64,000 nt of DNA from the NCBI GenBank assembly GCA_964016885.1, contig OZ024740.1, positions 196,664,001 through 196,728,000 of the forward strand, in the 5' to 3' direction. The notes under the pieces were generated by a model, which worked only from the letters and a program-made list of their open reading frames with translations, made no database searches and had not been told where the DNA came from. This stretch comes from Eledone cirrhosa. Its lineage: Eukaryota. The first letter of the stretch is position 1. Every line of letters starts with the position of its first letter. This document shows positions 54,746-64,000 of this stretch, in pieces. A program made the translations under genes and the position numbers.

Positions 54746-56542
54746 TCTCGTGGTCAAGAATTTACTGTTGATAATCGTTGTTCCATACAACCTTTTCCTC
54801 TCATTGAGATACCAGTGCCACATCAATTGTGAGGTTGCCCACAGTGTCAAGGCTGTTAAGTACTTATATAAGTGCATCACAAAAGGATCAGACAAGATCA
54901 CTTTCACTATTAAGGATGATCAAGGAAGTTGTGTCCATGCCTGAAATGAGATTGAGACCTATATCAATGCACGGTACATCTCAGCCAGTGAAGCATTCTG
55001 GAGAATCTATAAATTTCCATTACATCATCGAAAACCCCCAGTTGAAAAGTTGCCTTGCCATTTACCCGGGGAACAAATGGTCGTGTATGAACGAGGGCAG
55101 GAAGAAAGTATTGTTTCTAGGGGACAGCCAATGACTAAGTTGACGGAATATTTTCAATGAATATTAGAGACCCACTGGCACAAAACATATTGTATATTGA
55201 TATTCCTAAATATTTCACTTAGACAAACAAAAAGTGGCAAAGAAGGAAAAAGGGACATCTGGATGGTGATCAACAATTTATGAGTGAATCTCTTGGATGC
55301 AATGCAACAGTATCTCTCAGTAGACATCAATATGAATTATATTACCTCAGGATGATCCTACATCACAAGGCTAGGTTAACTTCATACAAAGATTTGAGGA
55401 CAATTGAAGGAGTTGAATTTCCAACATTCCAAGAAGCATGCAGGAAACTTGGTCTGTTAGATGAAGATGGAGAAAAAGACAAAGCTATGGAAGAGGCCTC
55501 ATCCATTACGCTTGGTCTTCAGCTGCGAGAGATCTTCTGCATCATTTTATTGTACAGCATGCCAAATGACCCTCTGCAGTTCTGGGAGAAATGGAAGAAT
55601 TGTCTTGCAGAGGATATCATGCATGAACGTCATGAGCAAGTCATGTCTATGCAAACCGTGCAGATTGTTCTACAGAAGATCCAACAAAGACTTCAACATG
55701 ATGGCTTGGACATTCATGCCAACTATGGATTTCCTCGGCCAGACCCAACTATTGTTGCCATACCAGAAATCAACAGAAACTGATTTCAATACACTCCAAC
55801 TGCAAGCAAACATAAATGAACTTCTGCCAACATTGAATCCTGAGCAACTGGTTATTTTTCACAAAGTAATCACCTCTGTAAATGAAAATGAAGGTAGAAG
55901 TTTCTGCTTGAATGCAAGTGCAGGTACAGGAAAGACCCTATGTCATAAACATCCTATTGGATTACCTCTGATCTAAAAAAAAAAAATTGTACTTGCCACT
56001 GCCATATCTGGAATAGCAGCCACTTTGCTTCACAAAGGCAGCACTCTTCATTCCAAGTGCAAGATTCCTCTCAATGTGACTGCTGAATCAACTTGCTTCT
56101 TCACAAAGAGGGATGACACAGGTAAAACTTATGCAGAAAGCTGACCTGCTAATTATTGATGAGATAGGTATGGGACATAAGCATATCTTTGAATGTCTTG
56201 ACAGGAGCTTCAAAGATGTTCAAGATTGCAAAAAGCAATTTGGTGGTCTAAGAGTATTACTATCTGGTGACTGGAAGCAAATTCTTCCAGTTGTACGTCA
56301 TACCATAAATAGTTGAGGCAACCATCAAGAGATCCTATCTCTGGGACTATGTGGAAACCATGGAGATGACAACCAATCAACGGTTAATTAATGCAGAGGA
56401 TTCTGATGAAAGACAGTTTGCAAACTACCTTCTTGATGTGGGAAATGGTAACATTCCAACTGTAGGTGCATTCACAATTCTTCTGCTATATGAACTTTCT
56501 CTGGAATATGGTAATGTGTCTGGATTGTGTGATTTTGTGTAT

Positions 56543-56886
56543 GGAGGCACATGGCTTAGTGGTTAGAGCATTGGCCTTGCAATCAAAAGGTTGTGAGTTC
56601 AATTCTCAGACCGGGTGATGTGTTGTTTCCTTGAGCAAGACACTTTATTTCACATTGCTCCAGTTTACTCAGCTGTAGAAATGAGATGATAGGGACTGGG
56701 GTTCATATCATTCCACTGCAAAGTGGAAGTGGAGGTGCCTCAGCAAAAAAAGCACCCAGCACTCACTGTAAATGAGGTTGGTGTTAGGAAGGGCATCCAG
56801 CTGTAGAAATCAAGCCAGAATCAGTTCCCGTCCCACCCTTGCAAGCAGGGAAAAAGCGGACGTAAAATGAAATGATGATGATGATG
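56543..56886 (+). mobile_element. tRNA-derived SINE inserted in the Helitron helicase
   Basis: A/B boxes; tail CCCGTCCCACCCTTGCAAGCAGGG identical to RTE-A at 27617; splits LCDFVY|NLPGNY. Confidence 0.9.
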
Positions 56887-58454
56887 AAATCTTCCAGGAA
56901 ATTACACAAACCCACTATGGCTTGCAAATAGAGTCATTATCACTCCAACAAATGATGCAGCAAGATTGGTGAATGAGTTCATCATGGTCAACAAGTTCCC
57001 TGGTCATGAAATAATCTACAGAAGCTCTGATACAGTAGATAATGAACTGCAATATCCAATTGAGTTCATCAACAAACTTACCCCCTCAGGCTTCCCAACA
57101 CACATACTTAAACTGAAGAAAGGCAGTTGCATCATACTTCTGAGAAATCTGGATCCTCTAAATGGGCATTGCAATGGTACACGCTACATCGTCATCAGTT
57201 TACATAATCATGTAATTGAAGCTGAAGTGGCATTGAGTCCAAATGCTGGAACAAGTTTGCTAATCCCAAGGATACCACATGTTTACTCGCAAGCAATTTC
57301 CTGTCAAACCAGCCTTTGCCCTTACATGCAACAAGGCACAAGAGCAGACATTTGAAAAGATAGGTGTATATCTACCAACACAATTCTTCTCACATGGTCA
57401 GATGTATGTTGCATTATCACGAGTTACAAAAAAAGAAAATATAAAAATATTAAATGAAAGGGGTCTGTTTGCTGACAACTGTGTCTACAAAGAAATTCTA
57501 CAGTGATGTGAAACAGCTATCACTCTCTTTTAGTTGAAATGCATTTCAGTTACTTTTTAACTGCTAGAAAAGGGACACTACAAAAACTTAAGAAGTCTAT
57601 GTGAAGACAGTAAAACAACAATATAGCGAAGGTCAACTCTTCATATTGGTAAATGTAATTCATTCATTCATACCAGCAGCATCTATTTTCAAATTCACTG
57701 CTTGAAGCTTCCCATCGACATTCTGAAGTGAAGATTCATGAACATTTTTCGTCAACAGTTTCATCGCTTTTCCATCTCCATTATCGTATTTTTTTTAATG
57801 TATCAAGGATTACTTTACTGATTACAGAAGTAAGTGTAACACAGTCTTTGTTCAGTTTATGTGCATATTGTCAATTTACGTATTATATCTATGTATATCA
57901 ATATACGCACTATATATGCTAGCAGAAAACCGCCCGAAAGAGCGGTTCATCTGCTAGTATTGTTAATGGCAGCTTTACTTTCAATCTTCAACTACTGATT
58001 ATGACAACAAGCATAGCCACATATCTCGACTCACTGAGAGAGACACACTCAATTCATTTGCCATAAGTCACAAATTTCAACTAGATCTTCCAGATCACAA
58101 TGAACATAAACTACCGAACAACGGACAAATAACAACTCTCACCAATAACCCCCTCCCCCCACAATAATAACATCGCTACATTGGTAACCCATTCACTACA
58201 AGTCCAGCATTGGATGTAGAAGCACATTGTAGAGCTGTATGGAAAATAAAATAAAAATCACGCACACGTTTATAATTTCCCAGAATTTCAATCCATCTGC
58301 AAATATAACTAGGACCAGCCGGAGAAATATATAATTTATTCCTTAAAAGGTTCTTGCAACAAGACGGGAGTTTTGTGAATTAGTTTAATATGAAATGTGA
58401 GCTTAATTTCGCTACTGGTGCTGAGAGGTTATATATAACGCAAAGGGAGACGTT

Positions 58455-58468
58455 GTTGCCATGGAGAC
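58455..58468. promoter_or_regulatory. RFX X-box motif
   Basis: GTTGCCATGGAGAC closely matches the X-box consensus; ~1.6 kb upstream of the NEK ATG. Confidence 0.5.
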
Positions 58469-60101
58469 AAAACATATCAACTTACGTGTAGGCGCGTTAC
58501 TCTTAGTTTTATAATTATAACTAACATGTGTATGCCATTCTGTTTCATTTCCCGGTTTGTTCTATTGTGTATGTATAATTTAAACATAATAAATAAATCT
58601 AGAGATGTTAAATTTACGCCCTGAATGATATTCAGAAGACACACAAGTTAGTTGTTAACACAACAAAACTAATATAGCCCAAAACTTGGAATTAGTATTA
58701 AAACGAAATGTTTATGGATTTCGATTGACCGAAAAATGTATAGTATTATAAAATGATTTCATAAGTATTTGTTACATGTATAGTAAATAAACAAAATAAA
58801 CTAACATTATAAACGGTGGAATGACATTCGTTAGTGTGTCGGACAATGGCATTTAGTTAGTTCTCTACGTTCTCATTTCGATTTTCGTCAGGGTCAACTT
58901 TGTCTGTTATATTTCCATGGTCGATAAAATAAAGTTCCAGTTAAATACTGGGATCGATATAATTGACTATAATCCACACATATTTCATGTCCCGTGCCTA
59001 TATTAAAAATAAATATAATTTAATTAGGTCAGCAAGTATGGGAGACAACTTCAGAAGTGTTTCAGACCTCATCAGCGAAATGTTTATAGATAGGGGAATC
59101 ACTAAATATATGCATAAGAATATACTCTGATCAGTATAGGGAAATAGAATTGTTAGAGAATAAATTAGACATCATCCACAGGAAAAACAATAATTGAATT
59201 AGTGTTAATATTTAATGTAAGGAGTGTCAAAAAGCCTAGAAAGTAGTGAGCTGCAGCTAACTATAGTAAATATTTGCTGTTCGGTGAATGAAACCAACGA
59301 AGGCTTATGTTTCCCAGACGCAGCCTTGTGCCTATCATAAGAAAATGTTTAATCTTACCAATGGTATAAACATGCTACAAGCACTAGAGAGCTGATGTAG
59401 ATAATTTACAATGTATAAATTAGTACTTTAATAATAACAACTTCTAATTTAAGCACAAGACCAGTAATTTTTAGAGAGGAAAATCGATTATATGAATCCC
59501 AGGAGATTACTGGTATTTTATTTATCGACTACGAGAGGATGAAAGCTGACCTCCAGAACGTATAGACCTCTAACATCTCTGCCAATCCAAGGTCTCAACG
59601 ACAACTTCCCATTCAAGTTCTAGGATTGATTTCTATTTCTATAATACACTCTAAATGTGAATGGAATTATAACAGAACACAGAAGGTTAAAAAGAATGAA
59701 GTCAAACACGATGAAATTTGAACTCAGAACTGAATGGTAAACAAAATAGTCTAGTCTAGTGGGTGCACGCTCTGCAAAGAGAAAATTGGAATATTCTAGG
59801 AAACACTTTCTAAATTTTATCAAAATACCGTAATCTGTCGGCTAACTACATTGTGACGTTCGAGACGTTTGGGAGAGTCGGGCTTCTGACTGTGACAGTG
59901 GAGTATGGTGCAAAAGGGGGGGGGGGTAAGAACCTTTGCTGTTATCTATACTCTACTGATACACATTGATAACTAGGAAACCCACAAGCGTTTAATTACA
60001 CCGCAAGAAATTTTTGTTTTCGTTCCGGTTCATGTTCCAAGTTAACATTTTTGAAAAACACTAACGTCAATGCTGGTTGTCAGATGAACTGAATTGAACC
60101 G

Positions 60102-60218
60102 ATGAACAAGTACGTGAAAATTCGTCAAATCGGCCAGGGTTCGTTCGGTAAAGTGTTCCTGGTCAGACATAAACAAACTTTTGTGAATTATGTTATCAAA
60201 GAAATTGTTATATCTGGG
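60102..60218 (+). CDS. First coding exon of a NIMA-related kinase (NEK1/3/5-like); remainder beyond the window
   Basis: MNKYVKIRQIGQGSFGKVFLVRHKQTFVNYVIKEIVISG: Gly-rich loop and VIK lysine, similar to the recalled NEK1 N-terminus MEKYVRLQKIGEGSFGKA...YVIKEI. Followed by GCAAGT (GC donor). Not present in the ORF track. Confidence 0.85.
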
Positions 60219-61300
60219 GCAAGTACATTTCACTATATTTCTTATATTTTTTCTTCACACAGGCAGTAGTCCGGTGACTACAGGTTTGTTTATATAAGGT
60301 AAAAGAAATAAAACGTAAACAATAAATACACATTACATTATTATTCATTCAGCGATGTATTTGTGTAATACATCTATCTAATATTTAATGTGATTGTAAT
60401 CCTGTTCCAATTTCCAGTTGGAATTGCAATGTTCATAGTTGAGGTATAAACGCCACATATCCAAAATAGAAACCCGTCTATAACCCATGGTATCGTAGTA
60501 AACGTATATTTTCGTTTCTAAAAATACATTTACCCTCTTAAATTTTTTCTGGCGATCTTTCATATGGTTGTAAACGTCATTAAATTTTCTAAGGAAATAG
60601 ACTCTAATGTTTCGCCTTCTAAGTATAAAGTATGTGATTGTATGAAAATATATATTTAACAAGAATAGAATTGTTTGATCCAATATAATAGTGACTCTAC
60701 AAGATTCTTTTGTAAGAGACGAAACAAAAGATCCTTATGTATGTAATTGTCAAACACAAATCAAGCGCTTCATTGATATTTTGGATCAAACAATACTATC
60801 CTTGTTTAATATATTTTTTTACTTTAAAACTACAGCACATTACTGTAAATTTTAGTGACGTTCATGTTTGTATTACATTTTAGTTTACATCCGTAACATG
60901 AAGAATCGCCACTTTCTCTTGTCTTTCCCTCGAGTTTCCAAACTAAATCCAATGTGAACACACACACATATTTTGTGTGTGTTTTATAATATATAAAATA
61001 TTTTGCGACTAGCAGTGTTAACAAATTAAAAAACTGAAAATAATGGGTTTTTTTTTCTTTCCCCAAACCATAAAATGCTTTAATGAATTAATGTATCTTC
61101 TTGTCGTATGGCATATGCACAATGGTTAGAGAGACAGATCGAGATTCGTGAGCCAGAATAAGGCGTTGTTTGTACTATTATGGATTGTCTCCAGGCCGCC
61201 TTGAAAACGTCTGAGGGGAGCAACCTTGACAACATGCAGCACTAGGTTTGTAATCATAGTTACCATAATGTTTGTGTGTGCGTGTATATATATATATATA

Positions 61301-62043
61301 TATAACGGCGGCGAAGATTCGAAACCGAATCTGAGCTTTCCCACCAAAGGGGACAAGTCGTGGTAAGTTGTTTACGCTCAAGAGACTAACCCCTTGGGAG
61401 AGGCTAAACACAGGTCAGAGGTGTTTACGCCTGACAGAAAATAGGTCAGAGGATATATCCATCTTTCTGACTTGTTTACGCTTGGCAAACTAATCACTTG
61501 GGAGATTCTAGCCAAAGTTCAGAGGATATATCTATCCTTCTAACTTTAACTCTTATAAATACAGGGGTTGTTTACGCCCCGACAGAAAAGAAGTGATATA
61601 CAGACAAGACAAGTCGCATTTACAAGCTCTTGTCACGAAAAACCAGTCTGTCACTTATTCTCACCTTCCTGGCTGATCGCTGACTCCTACTACTAAAACA
61701 AGCAAATATACTGATACGCACACACGCATTCATAGTGAAGTTACACTGTTTGTATTTTCACACGCACCATTTCTGTTTATACATATTGTATCTTTTGGAT
61801 ACAGTACAAATTATATTATAATCGTATTCTGTGATACTTGAATTTACGTGGCTCGAAGAACCACCAACTTATTGTATGAATATTTTGTGTTATTGATTTT
61901 ATCATTCAATATTCAAATTGAATATTATAATAAAATAAACTTTGTAACAACACAATCCTGGTATTTTTCTTTACATCGAAACCGCCATACCAACAGTTAC
62001 ATCCATCCACTTATCATTACAACCACACAAAAATTCCGTTACA
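61301..62043 (+). repeat. 5' LTR (743 bp) of the Gypsy element
   Basis: Termini T(a)TAACGG...CCGTTACA; AATAAA near 61929; PBS 2 nt downstream. Confidence 0.85.
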
Positions 62044-62045
62044 AC

Positions 62046-62056
62046 TGGTGACCCCG
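62046..62056 (+). promoter_or_regulatory. Primer-binding site, tRNA-Trp-type
   Basis: TGGTGACCCCG is complementary to the metazoan tRNA-Trp 3' end (CGGGGUCACCA). Confidence 0.8.
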
Positions 62057-63019
62057 TAAAACAGACACACAACTTCTGATCATCCACTACAAACGATGTC
62101 TCTGGCACCCGACGATTCATCTACGGCAGAAATGGCACTCAGGGCATCATTTACATAAAGGATTCCACCATTCTGGGTGCACGATCCAACACTGTGGTTC
62201 GCGCACATTGAAGCGCAGTTCGCATCGAACCGGATCGTTAGCGAGGCATCCCGTCTCACACATGTCATCGGTTTGATGTCTCCGGAGATTGTGAATGAGG
62301 TTCGAGACCTCATTTTAGCACCACCCGGCTCTGCGTCATATGATACATTTAAAAGAACATTAGTTAAGCGGACGTCGGAGTCACAGCAGAAGCGTTTACA
62401 CCAGCTCCTCATATCGGAGGAATTGGGAGATAAAAAGCCAACGCAACTCCTACGGCGAATGAAGCAGCTTCTGGGCGAACATAAACTCCCGGATGAAATT
62501 TTCAAGCAACTCTTCCTCCAGCGTTTGCCTTCTGCCACACAAGTTGTACTAACATCCACCAGGGAGTCCACCACCATAGAAGAACTCGCCGAGCTGGCAG
62601 ATAAGATCATGGAGGTACCACATCTGCACTCAACTTTAGCGAATGTGACACCAGACGTGCCGCCCACCAATCCTTTCCTTCAGCCCTCCAGCGCCACAGA
62701 GATGCCCGATCTACACCAGTTACTGGCACAGCAAGCAACACAGATACAGGCCTTGACACAACAAATTCAGGCCTTGTCACTGGATAACCCTGCCGCGTCG
62801 GTCCAACAGTCGAACTCGCCGATTTGGTGGTCGCTCAAGAAGTCCGAGCGCATCTCGGGATTCACCAGATATGTGTTGGTACCACCAAAAATTCGGGAGA
62901 CGAGCGCAAAAGTGCAGTCATCCCTGTTCATTTGTCGAATCAGGGAAACGACACAGCCAGAAACTAAATGCGACGGACGTTTCTGGCCCTCATAACCAAA
63001 GTCGCCTATTTTTCATTCA

Positions 63020-63119
63020 GGATCGCGTCACAGGCGATGAATCGCGTCACAGGCGATGAATCGCGTCACAGGCGGTGAATCGCGTCACAGGCGGTGAATC
63101 GCGTCACAGGCGGTGAATC
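63020..63119 (+). repeat. 19-bp tandem repeat x5 within the Gypsy protease region
   Basis: GAATCGCGTCACAGGCG(A/G)T. Confidence 0.9.
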
Positions 63120-64000
63120 ACTCACATATTCCGACCTACGGAGAACAGTCCCTGACACTAAATTTGGGACTACGCTGCACTTTCCAGTGGGTATTCGTTG
63201 TGGCTAAGCTGCCGACCTCTATTTTAGGAGCTGACTTTCTTCAGCACTTCTTGCTGATAGTGGACCTGAAAAACCAACGACTCATTGATAACTCCACTGG
63301 TCTCGCTGTGCGCGGCATAGCCGCTAGGACAGCCACAGTCAGTCCAGTCATTTCACGATCGACAACAACAACCTGGCACAACCACATCATCAACAAATAC
63401 CCAGACGTAGCTCGACCACTATTCAACGCTTGCCCTGTAAAACATGACGTCACACACCACATAAAAACACACGGCCCACCTGTCGCTGCACGATCTAGAA
63501 GGTTACCACCAGACCGGCTGAAGTCCGTCAAACAAGAATTTCAGCACATGCTGGATCTCGGCATCATACGTCCGTCCAGCAGCAACTGGTCCTCACCCAT
63601 ACACTGTGTACCCAAGAAGTCGTCGAACGACTGGCAAATCTGTGGCAACTACCGTGCACTGAACAACTGCACCGTTCCTGACTCTTATCCAGTGCCTCAT
63701 CTACAGGACTTCTCTAGCTCGCTGCACGGGGCTCGTATATTTTCAAAGATCGATCTTGTGCGAGCTTACAATCAGATACCCGTTGAGCCCGCAGATATTC
63801 CTAAGACCGCCATCACAACACCCTTTCGAATGTTCGAATTTCTGCGTATGCCTTTCGGTTTGCGAAATGCAGCGCAGACATTCCAACGGTTCATTGATAC
63901 AGTCACCAGAGGTCTACCTTTTGTATACGCATACATTGACGACTTACTGGTGGCCAGCAGCTCCGATGAAGAACATGAGAAACACCTGGATCTCCTATTC

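Larger units (their letters stand above)
54499..57957 (+). mobile_element. Helitron, internally deleted and degenerate (Rep C-terminal part plus PIF1 helicase)
   Basis: A|TC start; HINCEVAHSVKAVKYLYK, ARYISASEAFWRI, ELYYLRMILHH, ASAGTGKT, IDEIGM, GDWKQILPV, QFPVKPAFALTCNKAQ, HGQMYVALSR; 3' hairpin AACCGC..GCGGTT then CTAG|T. Many stops and frameshifts. Confidence 0.93.
61301..64000 (+). mobile_element. Gypsy/Ty3 LTR retrotransposon (5' LTR, PBS, gag, damaged protease, RT), truncated by the window end
   Basis: gag IPPFWVHDPTLWFAHIEAQF...CWYHQKFG..AQKC..PC; ILGADFL; [41 protein letters not shown]; frameshifts in gag. Confidence 0.95.

Noticed and set aside
56543-56615. tRNA genes at SINE heads
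   Set aside because: A/B boxes are present but there is no full cloverleaf, and the sequence continues into SINE bodies.
59053-59080. Minus-strand CTGATGAGGTCTGAAAC hammerhead core
   Set aside because: Stem II is essentially missing and stem I is unconvincing.

Overview
AT-rich, microsatellite- and transposon-rich animal DNA. The SINE/RTE repertoire suggests a coleoid cephalopod, probably an octopod (inference). The first 44 kb holds the 3' 18 coding exons of a + strand DENND3-like Rab GEF (end of DENN module, PH-like region, C-terminal WD40; stop at 44194). Coding exon 1 of a NEK1/3/5-like kinase lies at 60102-60218 with a GC donor, and a Gypsy LTR element sits in its intron and runs off the window. 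Introns and intergenic DNA hold degenerate RTE LINEs (two families with a PHD finger inside the RT), modular tRNA-derived SINEs, eight piggyBac-type MITEs, mariner and hAT MITEs, a decayed Rep-Hel Helitron plus non-autonomous Helitrons, and CRE-type LINE fragments. Most notable: (1) a U6 snRNA fused to an RTE tail just after the DENND3 stop; (2) a ~260-nt intronic rod-like hairpin whose core mismatches are all G-U on the sense strand; (3) several hammerhead-ribozyme motifs; (4) RTE LINEs whose 3' UTR carries a copy of the RTE 5'-UTR motif and also spreads on its own. All calls come from reading the sequence by eye; no database searches or folding programs were run.
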